A DNA stretch of 63,716 nucleotides, filler included, from Octopus bimaculoides (GCF_001194135.2; 6 parts of 6 records of this genome joined end to end with filler, not necessarily neighbours in it), one strand, 5' to 3'; numbered from the whole stretch's first letter, positions 27,618-43,469 are shown. Numbers and translations: made by a program. Notes: generated by a model not told the origin, from the sequence alone.

Positions 27618-28793
27618 GTCATATGAATAGAGCCAATGAAAAACTGGATTTGAAATGAATGTAATGTAGGTTATATAAAAAAGCACCCATATTTTTCTAC
27701 TAAATATTTCATCTCTCATGGAAGAAATGTCAAATTGTGACTTCCATTAATACCATCAGATACAAGCATATTGTTATTATTCAAGTGATGTTATTTCCAA
27801 GCAAGTCTTGGTGAAATGTAATGCTTGATAAAGTTGTTATTTACGAAATTTTTATTTACAAAATTTCCAAGTGTTTCTTATGAAAATTTCATAAATTCTA
27901 AGTTAATATGTGTGCATTAAATAGCTATCTTTATGAATTAACATGCAATTAAATGATATATTTCATTGATGGAAAGTTGATAAATTCCAAATAGAAAGCA
28001 AAGAAGATCATCAAACATTTTTGCAACAAAAAAAGTAAGAAAATCAAAAAATTATAAACTTTTTTGCCATCAAAACATTGATAATGAAAGTAATATGATT
28101 TTGTTTTATAATTTTACTAGTTACAGATAGTGGCCTGTGGCCATGGTGTAGAACAATCATTATTAATGATAAATCTTACAGCGTTAGACTATTTCTTGTC
28201 TGAATGAGGTAAAAAAATAACAATATTAGCAACTCTGTTGAAGTAGGCATAGCTTTATGTCAGAAGGGCATAACTGATGAAATTTACTCAAGTATATTAC
28301 GCATATTAATTTTATTGGTGTTAAAGTGATGAAAGGCAAAGGTAGACCTGACAGGATTTTAGCATCAGGTCAATAAGGCACTGAATAGATTAACTTACAC
28401 TAATTAATCTCTGCACTATCAGTTTTAGCTTTAATGCATTTTCTATAATACATTGTAGTATAAGTAATTTTATAATAATGAAACTAAAATAGTTACTCTT
28501 GTAGTAAACTAGTCAGTAACAAAGGAGGCTGATAAAACAAGAAAAAATTACCATGTTCTTAACACTTTAATAGGTACAGATTTAGATTTTGAAACTCAAG
28601 TAATTATTGCACTATTCTGTTTGCAGTAAGATTTCAGACTCATACAGTAACTTAAACATACATGCATGCACACACATCTGCATACATCATACATCTTTAG
28701 ATCAAAGCATTCATAAAAATGGTTGTATGAGAAATAATAATTAGTGAGTGCAAGCCAAGTGGGAACTGAACTCACATAATTTTTTTGTTCCAG

Positions 28794-28990
28794 ACAAATG
28801 TTTTATGTTGATAAACTGGATTCTTTACTTTTGCAGTGTTATTTTTCTCTTTTTGGGAGCTGCATTATTTATCATATATATTACATAAAAAGAAGAAAAA
28901 AAGAAATTATATACCTTAAAAAGAAAATTCCCTATTAGTAGTAATGGCAACAGTCCTCTGCATAAATGCAGAAGACATTCCCTGTTCATG
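28794..28990 (+). pseudogene. Candidate transmembrane-encoding exon with one in-frame TAA
   Basis: Acceptor tttttttgttccag| and donor ATG|gtaaaa; frame reads xKCFMLINWILYFCSVIFLFLGAALFIIYIT*KEEKKKLYTLKRKFP...HSLFM with the stop at 28885-28887. Read by eye only. Confidence 0.3.
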
Positions 28991-31900
28991 GTAAAATAGT
29001 TGTCCCTCTTCCTGAATGCAAACTTTTCAAGCAATTAGAAAGAAAGATTTAAATATACTCTTTATGAGTAAATTCATTTGAGAAAACTCATTTTGATAAT
29101 TCTATTGCTTTTTATATTTATTCTAGTAGGTTAATTTTATGGAAGGTTATTGATTTATATACTTTGATTGTAGACTTATCTAAAGCGTAGCGTATAACAA
29201 TAGTTTTGTTAATTTATCTGGAAATTATGAAAATAAAGATGAATTGAAAACGTTACACAGCTTATCATCATCAAAATTTAAAACACTGGAGTATCTAATG
29301 CATTAAGTATGTGGTAAATTCTGTTATACAAAACACCAAATGTCATAAACATGATATATTGTGTATTTAAATTGAAAAACAAAAAGAAAGAAAAAAAAAA
29401 GAAAATGAGAGAGAAACTAAAATAACAGGTTAGAAGATGTCTTTCTAATTTTATCTTAAATCTCACAGTACTTGTAAGCCTTATTCTCTATCAAATATAT
29501 TTTATAATATAGATATAGATATCTAAATTAATTATGATTTCAACCATTATAAAATTGTTGAAAAGAAGGTAAATAAAATATAAGAAATAAATATAAAATG
29601 ATTTACATTAAAAGCTATAGGAGTATTTATGTCAATATAGATAGTACTTATAACTTAATGAGCACTGGTTTCAGCAAATCATGGTTATAAGCAGAATATA
29701 ATAAAGAAAATATATAGTGAGTAAAGACTGAATGAAAGACTCACAAGAGAATTTGGAGTCATTAGTGATGTATAAGAGGTTAACATTCTATTGCTCAATA
29801 GTTTTCATCATTCTCTTGAGAAACATAAGAAAACTTATAACTGGTGATATGTTAGCAAAATGTTAAATGCTTTAGAGTACATATATGGTGCAGCACTTTT
29901 AACTGGAAGCAACCTCATTATACAGAGATTTATAGACTGCACTAATGCTATACCAAAAGAAGCAAGAGTTGAAAATAATGAAAAGCCATGATGAAAAAAT
30001 AGTAATAAAAATGTGGACTGAATAAGCAGAGAAGACTGAGTTTTCCTGAATGGTAATATATTTGAGAATACTGACTTGTGGATACATGTAGCACCATCTT
30101 TGAAATCAAATGGTGGCTAATTCAGTCATAAATTCCCAATTTGATAAGAAATTAATAAATAGGTTGGCTACATAAATTTTGGAAGTTGCAAAGACTCAGT
30201 AGGTACACAACATAAATGTGTACACCCAGTTCTCTTGTAAAACAGTTAATCCCAATACAACAACAAAGTATGATCTACAAAATACAAATTTTGTGGACAA
30301 ACTCACATAAGAAATTGGGAATATTTGAAGTAGTGGAGATTTTTAATAAAATATGTGGATGTCTGGCAAAATATGACAAAAATATTTGATTAAGAAATAT
30401 GGAAGAAAGAAAGTTGTTTCATCTTTATAGAAGTGAAAGAGGTTAGTGGTTATAATTTAAAACCACTTATGAAGTAGATGAGATGGTGGATCATCACAGA
30501 TACTAAATTTGATAATCTGGGAGATCAGTAATGTTTAGTATTAAGAGAATACAGTTAAGCTGGAACATATGACATGGATGTATTTCATACAAGGGCCTCC
30601 CAGCTCAAAATGAAAAATTTTTTAAACTGAAAATACACAAGAAGCAGCAACTTTGCAAGGGTCCAAAAAGATGGAGAAAGAAGTATGATAATTTAAGACA
30701 TTGGCAGCTGAATTATAGAGAATGTAAAATTTAATTATAAATTTTCAAAAGGAAAATTTAAATGGCTGCACAAGATTTTCTTCCTTTTAGAATAAATGAA
30801 AAAGTATTTAGAATAGGTTAGCACCATAATTGAGCTTTTAAACTTTCAGCTTAATGATTCAGTATTATCTATTTTTAGGTACAAGCAATTTAGATGAAAA
30901 TTTATATGCAAATTGTTTGACAATTGTCTTGCAATAACTAAACAGATAATATATTTTATCAACAGAAAGAAAATAGTTCTTTTAGCAAATTTTTCAAGGT
31001 TAACAGAAGTAATCTGCAGAGGTTATTTCTGGAGTCTAAGGAATACAGGTTTCTATCTACACTTCCCATGAAAAGATTAGGTATGAAATTAATTCTTCTA
31101 TTTAATATTTAATTGCTAAGACAGTTAACTTAAAAAAACTGAATATGGAAACATGTTAGTATTTTAGACTTAAATAAGTCGGTCTTATAAAAACACCTTT
31201 GACATAAAACCTGTAAGCTTAGAGTAACTAAGTCAATATTCTACAAAGATAGTGCTTGTGAAGACTAATGCATGTGTATTCACATATACACATTATAGAA
31301 GAAGCTATCAGTAATTGTATTGTGGATGGAATTAAGTGTTAACTCCTGCTAACATAAATGCTAGTTCTGAATTCTACTGATTAACAGTTATTCAATGGAG
31401 AATAACACTAAAATCTTCATATGGAAAAGAAAATAAGAAAGGTTTTTAATAAAAATACTGTGTTTTTTATGATTTTTCAACAGCACTAATTTCCTATTAT
31501 AATTATTTTACAAAATGTATTTGTATGTGATTTTAGTAGATTTCTTGAAATCAATAATAATAAATGAATAAAGTTTTGAACTAATAAGAATTAATTCATT
31601 TTATTACTAGATTGTAGTGATTAAATTGACTTTTTCATTTTACATTTGACTAATACTTATTTTAGAGACTCTAGTGAAATGAAAGGCAAAGTCAGCTTAA
31701 GCAGGGTTTCATTACACCAAATTACATACTGTAAATAATTTAGACTGATGCAGTACTTACTGTTTATCCTTATTAGTAAGGAATATTAATATTAAATAAA
31801 TATGTAATTTTGTAAAGTAGTCAAATTAAATCCTCCCTAAACATCAAAATGAATCAAAAATATAACAAGTAAATAAATATCTACTTGGCTATGAAAACTT

Positions 31901-32162
31901 TAGCATGAAATGACTTCTTAATTAGTCATGACATGCTGTTCTATCACAAAGTGTGATAAGTGGAATAATTTAAATTGGAAATTGAACCCAAATAATGTAC
32001 TTCATTTTCTGAGAAGCACAGATAAATAATGAAAGAACTGAATTGGTATTTAATCCTATGAAACAAAATACATGTTAGTTATGAAATTCAACTTTAGTGT
32101 ATTTATTTACCTGGTTCATTTTTTGCTTAAAAAAGAATAATTAAAAAGGAATGCTTGCATAC

Positions 32163-32234
32163 ATTTTTACAGTGAACACTATTTTTACAGTGAACACTAT
32201 TTTTACAGTGAACACTATTTTTACAGTGAACACT
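32163..32234 (+). repeat. Minisatellite: 4 perfect copies of the 18-mer ATTTTTACAGTGAACACT
   Basis: Counted directly. Confidence 0.97.
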
Positions 32235-32777
32235 ATTTGTTGATATTCAAAAAAATGCTTAAATAAAAATTTTAACCAGGTATGTATTGGTTCATCTTTT
32301 ATACAAAAGAAAAATGGTATTGAATACCTCAGAATATGGACTAAATACAGAGGTGAGCCAGTGAAAATGTTAAAGAAATCTGTATATATCAAAACATAGA
32401 ATATATGTTTGGTTTAATGAAAAAAAATTGTAGATTATTGATAGAAAATTCAAGTAAAATATTTTCATAATTTAATCTGCTAAGATTCAAGATATTTTAA
32501 CATATAGATGTGTCACATGTTTCATATTTGAATTATATACTGGAGGTGTTTCAATGGTTGAACTGATAATGTGTTTTGCCTCTTGGCTGAATATCCTTTC
32601 ATTGCCACTGTCGCACAAACTGTACTTCAAGCACTAAACACACTCTGTTCTATGTATCTGACAGAAGACAAGGAATAGGGACACACACACACACACATGC
32701 ACACATGTATATATAGTGAGAGAAAGAGAGAGAGAGAGAAAGAGAAAGAGAGAGAGAGAGAGAGAGANNNNNNNNNN

Positions 32778-32822
<45 letters not shown>

Positions 32823-34445
32823 ATGGGGACAAACAGAGTCAGAAAATAATGATCGTGATGATAATACAAATTACTGAAATTAAATCATATTCTCTGCTCA
32901 CCTTTCCTTTCTGTCTACTTGTTTGTACTTATATTTCAGTCAACCACCCTATCTATATCCATATACACACAAAAGCAGAGAATTGATAAGATTTTAGATA
33001 ACTTAAAAGAATTGATAGGGATGAAAAAGAAGATCAAGAATAATAATGATGACAATCACAACCGACTGAAAGATATGACTTTTACTACATTTCTTACTGT
33101 GGTAACTAATTTACAACCTAATTAAAATATTTTAGAGAGTAAAACAATGATGAGTAAATATTCATAATTGTTATGATTGGGTTGTAAAAATATTTTTGTC
33201 TTAGTGATATGTGCAATAACCATATAAACCAGTATTCAGTTCATTTGATATCTAAGAAAAAGACCAGAAAACTTTTTAGCTACATGAGCTGTTAAGAATG
33301 CGTTATCGCAGGTTTAGGAAAAAATATTCTGAGTCACTGGAAAGAAAGATTTTACATTTCCTTTTGAAATCTGATATAGTTCAGCTACTAACAATGCTTC
33401 CAATAATTTGGAGCCAATATTTTTTTTATTTATTTATCTTCCTGTGTCCATTGGAATCTAATTAGTATGAAGTGTAAAGATTAAAGTGTCACTCTTTAGG
33501 AGAGATCATGGAGAAGAATATTATAAAATGGAGAAAAGTATTAATAATCCGATCACTATGTGTATTGTTGAAAATATTTTCTTATATATTAATGCTGAAT
33601 GGGATTAAAATTATCAGTGTTTCATATTAGTACAAAATGACAGCTTAAACATAGAATGAAACTATGTCATTACTAGTTGAAAATAAGAAATAACAACATT
33701 TGTGATTTTAGGTGCTTATCTTCATGTATTCAAATCTTGTCACAAATACTGTATTGAAGGTGAATAATTCTGCATGTCTTACCCAACCCAAATTCCAATA
33801 TGTTCTATTCATAGAGCATGGTTCTTAAGCAGTAAGATAGGGTTTAAACAATCAAAAAAAAAGTAATGGACGTAATAAAATGAACAAAAGAAAGACAGAA
33901 ACAATGAGAAAGAGGGAAGAACTATTAAACCATTAAAATTTCACTTAAAATACAATTTTCATAATTACTGAAAAAATAGTTACAAAAGTGAAATCTATCC
34001 AATGTACATATATATTCACAACACTTGTGAAAATGCATATATATAGTACATATATACATACAAATACATTCATCACTTTTTCTAAGTGTGTGTATTTGTA
34101 TGAGTATGAATAATGATAAGCACATACACTATCATATATATATATATATATGTGTTACATCATTTTATATAACATCCATGAGAAGTTTTTATTTTATAAA
34201 AGGCTATGACTTGAGTAAAAGGAATATAATTTATTTATTTTACTTATGTGCACATTCACATACTGATGACCTCTATTCTGAGTTGTTTTCACCTTTCTTT
34301 CTTGCTGATATCATCTGTGGTATTCTACTTCACGTAACCCTGGTTGTGATTGAAATCTTTTCTCCTTAGTACTATGATTATATCAGTCTTTAGATTTTAC
34401 ATCTCCATAAAGAACACAGATAGATAGATAGTTTGATTCTTCTAG

Positions 34446-35239
34446 CAAGAAACAGAAAACATTTATTCAACTTTCAGGTGTAAGTTCACTGCAAGCTAAC
34501 TGTGTACTAAAAGATAACTTTTGCTGGCAATGCCGAAATCACAAATGCTTAGTTTGTGACAGTACTAATGGCTTCCTTAAATTTCAAACAATATATTTTA
34601 ATTTTATATAAAAAGGTAAAATAAATGTAATCAAAGAAAGATAAAACTCGTAATTTTTTATTATCACATTGCAGTATGTGTGTATTAGTGTGTTTCTGCA
34701 TACATTTAGGTCTCTGTATAAGATAGGAAATAGCACCTTTTGAAAAGATGAAGTGATGTTATGAATCTGAAAGTTTTTCTATAGGATTTGAAAATGAAAC
34801 ATGAAGAAATATTGTATCATATTTATATATATTATCTAAGATATCTTTGAAAGCTGGCTTGGTACCCAATGATTGTTGGCATTCCACACAGTCATTGTTG
34901 CTATTTTGCATTTCTCTTTTAATTCCTATTGATATCACATAGGTTTTACCTATACTTACCGATATAAGTAACATACTTCATACTTATTCAAATGCAACTG
35001 TTGATATCTCATATATTTTCAAGTTATGTCTAATTACATTGTTGGAATTCTGCAGCTTGTACAACACTGACTAAAAGGTCAAATATCTAAAATAGCATAT
35101 CTAAATGACAATTAGTCTTACAGATTTCAAGACAACTCCGACCAGTATTTCTACACTATACATAGTTTTTATGTGAAATCTCTATTAGATGTATACAGAA
35201 TTCATTGAATTATTTCCTTATATACTGCTTAGGTTTCTT

Positions 35240-35306
<67 letters not shown>

Positions 35307-38300
35307 CTGTATGTTAATAACATTTGTTAGATATAAAAAAGAGAGTTGTTTTACGTTTGTATTCATATATATATGCATGTATATATGTGTTGTATGTATG
35401 TGTGAACAATTTTTTTATTGTCTGTCAGTGATATCAAAGGGCCTGGTGTATTATTATATGTTATTCCTTAATCAAACCAAATCTGTACCTGTCAAGCATG
35501 CATAATTAACAAGGCAGGAAAAAAAAGATATATATTGATATATAGATATGCATGTCCCAAATATAAAATGAAGTCAGATCAAAAACTAGCACAAACATGA
35601 GCCTAACAAACAACCAATCATATTACAGGATTGCACACAAGCAGCCACTGCTGACTAACATAACAGCTGGGCATGTCAGTATTCCAGGCAGAAAGATATG
35701 CACATACACAGAAGACAGATAAAGGAGTAAAATATTGAAAGGATATATGTATATAACAAGAACAATTTCCCAATGTCTAGCTAGCATTTGCAATTCATGC
35801 TTATTGTTTATCATTCACATGCCACTTAGTTTGTAGTTACTTACAACGAACAACCCTCTATCCTTCGCAAGCTGTGCAGTAAAATCAAATACAGGTGATT
35901 TTATAAATGTGTGCATACAGTTACAGAAGAGGAGAAAGAGCTAGAGTTTTAAAGAGTTTGAAGAAAGAGTCAGTAACAATGTCAGAAACAATGTCAATGA
36001 CAGAAAAGTGTTTATATGTGTATCTGTGAGTGTGTGTATGCATGTGTGTGTATGTGTGAATATGCATACACACATAAATAAAGATAAAGACAGAAAGAGA
36101 TAGAAAGTAAACTAGAAAGAGAGTGAAAGCCTGCGAGAAAGATTTGTCAAATGACAGTGAGGAGTGTTTAGAAAGAAATGAATTCAAGGTCTATATAAAT
36201 GGTCAACATACTGCCAAACAGAACTTGAAAAATAATCGCATTCATATGCAAAAAGGAAATGATAGACACACAGATAGAAAAAAGATAAGGCATCCAAATG
36301 CAAAACAAAAGGATAATTAGATATGAATATATGGTTTATATGTATTTACATATATGTATATATACATATGTGCATGTATTAGTAAATTATATTAAATATA
36401 TATATAAATATATACACTACAAAGTATATATATTTAAATACATAATTGTATATAACTTATTATGCATATACACATGAATATATAGCTATGTAATTAGATG
36501 GGAGATAGTCCATTTGAAATGCGCATGAGCAACAAATGAATAATGCATGCATGTCGGACACTTATGACAATATGAATTGATGTATAACACTGGAGACAAT
36601 TTCATTGGAAAATGTTGCACACTGATGATATTAGAGCTGAAATCTGATTATATTTTGCTAACTGTTGACCTTTGTATGGAAGCAGCTAATTCTAGATTGA
36701 TAATAAAATGTTTTAATCATAAATATATATACTTTCACTGATAATTGTAAGTAAACAAGTAGAAAATGTGGGTTGAATAAAATGTTTAGTGAAAAAAATA
36801 TGTGAAAGGCTAGTGCAAGCAAGTTCAACTCTAAATATTTTACTTGTATACTTCGTGGAATTTTCTTACACAAATTCCATAACTTCTATACATAAATGCG
36901 TAATGGACTTTACTGTTAGTACAAGTATATTGGTATCAGTGTATTTGTATATTTCTTTGAATGCATGTATGAACAATACATTTATGTACCAAACATAGTA
37001 AATTGTGTATGTGAGATACAGGAAGAGAAAAAGAGGGAAGAGAGAGAGAGGAAGAGGAAGAGAGAGAGAGAGAAAAAAAGAGAGAGAGGAAGAGGGAGAG
37101 AGAGAAAGAGGGAGAGAGAGAAAGAGGGAGAGAGAGAAAGAGGGAGAGAGAGAGAGAGGGAGAGAGAAAGAGGGAGAGAGAGAAAGAGAGAGAGTAACAT
37201 AGAATGTGTGTATTTATGAATGTGTTTCAATGAGAAACTAATATTGAGAAAATAATTTAATTCTGCAGTGTAGATTATAATAGGGAGTTGTCTTCATAAA
37301 ATATATTTCTTAAATGGTAGAGTAAAACATGAAACTATTAGAGACTGGTTCTAAATAATAATTACAATGTTGACAGTTTAAAAATTCCCAGCCCAGCCAT
37401 ACACACAAAACAGCAAAATTAAAGAAATTTCTAAAAATTCTTATTCAAATACATCATAAAACTACAAATTTTCTAAAGATTGTCTCATATATAGTAAGAC
37501 TAAAAAATATCAATAATTCTGAAAGTATATGGAAATGTTTTAATCACTAATGAAACTGGAAAAATTATTCTTCGGGGAAAAGAATGGATACATTCATTTT
37601 TACTGAAGTTCTGTTTTTTTTTGTGTATACTATATTTTTTCAGCCCTAAATATTTGATACAGAAAAGACTACTTAACACATTTCATATCTGTTAACTATT
37701 TCTTTTACATGTCAGTTATTTACAGGAGAAAGTGTGAATAAATTAACTCAATTTTATAAATATTTTTTAAGATAATGAAAGTAAGTCTAGATATATTTAT
37801 AGGTCACTAATAAAATATTTTAGTAAACTAAGTTTGGAGGAATGGTTATAAAAACAAAGAAAACAATAAAATATTAATATAATCTTCAGAGTGAATTTTA
37901 TCATAAACAGAGTGTGTGTATGTATGTATATATATATTATATATACATATACATACATACATANNNNNNNNNNNNNNNNNNNNNNNNNNNNNNNNNNNNN
38001 NNNNNNNNNNNNNNNNNNNNNNNNNNNNNNNNNNNNNNNNNNNNNNNNNNNNNNNNNNNNNNNNNNNNNNNNNNNNNNNNNNNNNNNATATAAAAGTTAA
38101 GTCCTTGACAAAGAAAAATTTATTAATGTATTTTTGTTTAGTTTTTTTGTTATAAATTGACACTAAAAATGTTTAGCTTTTATCTGGGTCTCTACATAGG
38201 TTCTGTAGGTTCCCAATGTAAGAAATGCTAAACAAACTCAAATGGATTCAATAGAATTATTCAGGTGTCATATACTAGTCTATTTTTCTTCTTTATAACC

Positions 38301-41300
38301 TCCTAATTCCTCTTTTTTATGCTATTTTCTGTATAGATTTTTTTGATCTGTAAATGATTTTTGGAGAAATTCTATCCCTTCTGATTTCTTTTAATTTTAC
38401 TAAGTTCTAATATTATCATCATTATCATCATAATTTTACTTCTATATTTCTGTGTTGGCTTTGGTTGGACAGCTGACAAAGAAATTTAAGCAACCTATCC
38501 GTTATCAATTATTCATCACTTATTTTAAGTATTTTTGGTGTCAGTGTATTAATTTCAGCTAGGTACACATGCACAAAAGGTAAGTGCTTTATCTAAATAT
38601 TCCATAAACCATAAATTACAAACTTTTATTTGTGCACATAACTGATTGTTGTAATTTGAGCTGCCTATATTACCAAAATCTATTTTAGAGCATTCTTTCT
38701 GAGTGCTCCCATTACAGTAGGTTAAACAATTTACAAAATCCCAGAGTGACATTCCCTTTACTCGTATCATACTCTGGTTTCTCATATTAGCAAAATTCAT
38801 TCTTTATCCAAAATCAGTTACCTTTTTCTGTTACATTGTTAGATACCCATTGTATAACTTTTAAGATGTTTAAAGTTTATTGGTTTGATTATTAATTAAA
38901 TAAACTATTTAAATTCAAACAGATGTTTGAACTTTATTTAAATATGTGTGTGTGTGTGTGTTGCAAAATTAATTTGAAGGAAAACAGGGAATAGCTCGAA
39001 AGATAAATTTTAGGTAGTTTTAAGAGTGCTAATATCTGGATTCCAGGTTTTTGCATGACACAAAATAATACTTTGAAAAATTTGATGAGTTAGAAATTAT
39101 CATTCAGTTTAGGATTTCTGATATAATTGTAAAATGAGATTATTTTACTCTTTATAGTATATGAGATCTAGTTCCTCAATCAAGAAATATTTAATATACA
39201 TAATTAATATCAGATATTTTTCAAGCAAGTATAATTAATAAACACTTCAATAAACATGGTAGTTTACTTATAATGTTCTGGATGATAAACATTGGTCTAC
39301 TTGTATATGGATACTACTTAGAAGCAACTTTTAATTTTGTGTTTTCTGTTTGTTTTGCTGTGTCAAAATTTTGATAATAGGTAAAATGAAATGAAAAATA
39401 TGCGTAAAGTGAGGAGAAAAAATTTAGGGTAGAAAGGAAAGTATTACATTCTCTAGACTTCATACTTTACTTTATAAACCTATTATTATATTACACAAGG
39501 TATATTAACATAAACAGATACACTTCTTTAATTTAAGTTCAACTTAAGTATTTTTTTTAAGATTTGAAATAAATGGTAAATGATAACACATCGATCTTCT
39601 ATGATTTAGAATTTGAACTGTCAATATAATTGATTTGTAATAGATTTGAAGTATTGCATATAATTGCTTTAAAATTAAAGTCTGTCTTAAATTATTGAAA
39701 ACACTAAATAATGATGACTTGGTAGAATGTATTCTACATACATTGTATCTTGCTAAATCTCTCATGTAAATTTATTAATATCAAATGACAGGACCTAAAA
39801 TTACATGCCATATCTATCACTAATATGTAATCAAAATAGATATTGAATTTGACAGTGCCTAACGTTGTATGACATAAATATTACTAATATGTAACAGAAA
39901 TAGATATTGAAACAGATAAGAATTTTGCAGATTCATTCATTGGAAATATTCTAGAAATATAAAACACTTAATTAACATAAATATATTTGAATACCTTTAC
40001 TAAAAGGACTATTCAAAACTAAGAATGCTACTAGTGATCATAATTGTCATTTAACAGACTAATATTGAATGTACGTATAAATTTTGAAATTTCATTGTTA
40101 TATTCTTTTAGGTATCCGTTCTCAAAAAATAGAACACGAGGTGAATATATATTTTCTTCTTAAAATCTTAAATATCAAAATTTTAATGAACCTAAGTTTG
40201 AAAGTTTAAAATTATAATCCCTATATCCCATAATGAAAATGCATTTCAAATAATAAATGAATGATAAATTGTAAAAATCAATTCTTGCTTTGAAGAATCA
40301 TAAGCAATGTTCTGGTGAAGAGCAGGAACCAATGTTGTTCAAAGAATAAAAAAAATGTTAAAAGTTGTTGATTCATTTTATTGTAAAAAAAATAATTTAA
40401 AAAATTGCAACCAAAATCTTCAAGATGTCTGAGATGAGCAAGTTCCATGAACTCTAAAAGTATCCATTTGCTTCATTTTTTTTTTATATATCAAAAGAAA
40501 GAAAATTATTTTTCAGATATGTTGTTTAAAAAAATATTTGAACATATTCAAATACTATCTCTATGATATTTTTATAAATTCAAAAGGTGAAGACGATGAA
40601 TTATGACAGCTTTTTTTTACAACAAAAACTTCAATAGTTAAAAAAGATATCAAAATTGGCTAAAGTAATCATAACTCATTTTGATATAGAGAATTTTCTT
40701 TTTTATTGACTACATACTTTCAGATTAGATATTGAAATAATTGAATAAAATAACTGCTAAAGAAAACATCATGTAAAACAATATAGACATAGCATACACA
40801 TGTCACTTATTTGTACAATTAAAAACAACTATAAAGGTAATAACAATATAAAGTAATTAATGATAGCAACCAGGTTATGATGATAATAGTAATGATGATA
40901 AGAATAACTATCAAAATTAATAAAAGACGAATTGTAATAATAAAAACAAATAATAATGACATCAACAACAATGATAATTATAATAATACAAGACAAAAAT
41001 ATAGGAAGTTCATTTGTAATATGGATATATTTTAATTCTTTTATAAATTATGATGAATTTTGTAACCAATGTTATAAACCAGTTCTTCAAGAAGTAAAAA
41101 AATATATATATTCAGTAGGATTCAATTAACAAAACAAATTTCTCAATCTCTCTCTCTCTCATATGCATGTGCACACACCCACACGCACACATGCACACAT
41201 GCACACATGTGCGCACACGCACATGCACACACACACACGCACACATGTACACACATATACACTCATATTCACAAAACGAAACAAAAAACGAGGGATTAAC

Positions 41301-43415
41301 ACAGTGCTGCACTTAAGGTATGAGCTGTGAGTGGTAACAAAAATAAAGTGCAGGAGCGGATAACTAGCTACAACTTTCATTCCACAAGGTTTGGATTCAC
41401 AATATATCACTAGAGGATTTTGTCTATATAATAAATTATAGAGAATTAAGAAATACAGTTGATGGGAATCAAATACTAAAAGTTTGCTAATTATAATAAC
41501 AACAAAGACACAATTCTAGCAGTAAGTTAGAAATGCTAAAACATGAAATTGTTTTTAAATAGAAGCAAATATTTTCAGTACACTTTTTGTTTTTATTTGC
41601 TAGTGCGTGGAAGATTAGAATAGTTATAGTATCCGGTGTATTCCAGGTCTGGAGGTTGAAATAATTTATCTGATATTAATATGGTGGGAGATGACAATGG
41701 TGAAGTTTTCCAAAAGGATGAAACTGTGGTAGGAAATGAATATATGTAGTAGGAGGAAGAATCACTAGTATAATGGCTACGTATTTATAACACAAATTGA
41801 CATAAAGCAAACAAATTTTAGAAATAGCTTATGTTGAATAGACAGAAAGAAAACACAATGTAGTGGAGGTAAGTTTATGAAGGGATCTAATCTAACATTT
41901 GATAGCTGAAACAAGTGCACCATTCCGAACATTGGGACCACTACTTAATGTTTGAGATATATATTTAAAGGATTAGTAATTATTGGAATATTAAATACTT
42001 TGCTGAACAATATTAAGGAAATGAGATTTCCATGATAGAGGTTAGTTAGAACCATGCATTCATAAAAGTTTCAAAGATTTTAGTTTTTAGCAGATATTGC
42101 TTTTAATTGGAATGAAAGAAACAGAATGTTGTTAGTAGTATAGATTTAAATTTTATTTTCTAAAGAAAAGAGACAAGTTGGATCAGTAACCTGTCTTTTA
42201 GATCTTGCAGCAAGGCAATGAGATGCAGTCAGTCAGTTGATGTTGAGATATCTATCACACCCCTGCTAGATAGCTGAAATTTTATAATTCCTAGGTTTTT
42301 CATCACTGTTCTAGAGTTTCTTTAGGAGCCAATGGCATGAATTCTTTGAATACACTTTTATAACATCTAATGTAAAGCTTTTATTCTGCACATGCCTGTT
42401 TATTTGTGTGTCTGTATGTTTATATGTAAGTGAATGTACACAACTAGTTATAGAGTCTAGAAATAATTAACATTTGAGCATTTACTTTAGGGAAATATTT
42501 TATGTCTATATACACACAAACAAAGCTTAATGTATGTATTTATACACACATATGTATATACATCTGTGTAGATATATATGCATATGAACATATGTAATAT
42601 ATAATTATATGTGTATAGGTAAATTACAAAGTGTTTATGTTCATATGCTATTGAAGTAAGTTACTGATGTATTCAACCGAATTCTTTGGAGAAAGGAAAA
42701 ATGTTTTTTGTGTCTTTAGTTCATGGAAGTATGAAAGTAATGAAAGATTAGTTTCTGCAAACTTGTGAGAGGGAAGCAGTGGAAAAGGGAGAAATATAAA
42801 TTTGGAAAAAAGTGTGATTGGAGGTGGAGAAGGAATACGAGTGAGAAGAAAGAGTAGAATTACTTATCACTGTAAGGTAGAGAGAATAACTGGGGTTTAC
42901 AAATTTAGTCAATAACAATGTTCACATTCATGAGCGTCATTCATAATACACTCTCTTATATTCAGATATACTCACTTTGTGCCCAATCATATTTTTTTGA
43001 AATACACACTTGTCTGTAACTTTCTATTTATACTTTCTAACTGCCTCTATCTTTACCACACCATACCTTTTCTTTTTTACAAAATCTCACCAAAATTGGA
43101 GTTAAAACCTTCATGGTCTCAATCCATGTCCAACTAGGTATCTTTAAATGTGTATGTTGAATATTTCTCATCAGTAGTATGAGTGTAATTACTTGTTCTA
43201 AATCCTAATCACTCAAAACTTTTAGCCTGCCAATGTTATATACTGCATTACATGAAAACTCTGATGACACAGGGTGACATTTAGGTGATTCATTCAAAGA
43301 GCATCTATGAAACATCTCCACTGCATTCCAACCAACCTGTGGCTGGATACCTCTAAGTGTCCAGTGTTTCTGCAGTTTACAGGGCATTATAGTCCTGAAA
43401 ACACATACATGCACA

Positions 43416-43469
<54 letters not shown>

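Noticed and set aside
28574-28599. Micro-exon candidates GTDLDFETQ, 33500-33537, 32111-32125 (minus) and about 35845-35871 (minus)
   Set aside because: Good-looking splice sites, but either no consistent phase linkage or ambiguous frames; expected by chance in AT-rich DNA.
29780-30780. Possible ancient LINE remnants (YIYGAALLT.., GPKRWRKK..)
   Set aside because: Too degenerate to assign by eye.
34478-34611. Cys-rich frame NCVLKDNFCWQCRNHKCLVCDSTNG resembling a furin/EGF-like repeat
   Set aside because: Stops before any good donor, and its start coincides with a perfect GTAAGT donor that fits the preceding micro-exon better; probably chance.
38555-38800. 81-aa minus-strand ORF MNFANMRNQS...
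   Set aside because: No motif; overlaps better-fitting plus-strand splice signals.
43205-43400. Minus-strand ORF FRTIMPCKLQKHW... after a gtgttttcag acceptor
   Set aside because: No recognisable motif and no phase-linked partner exons.
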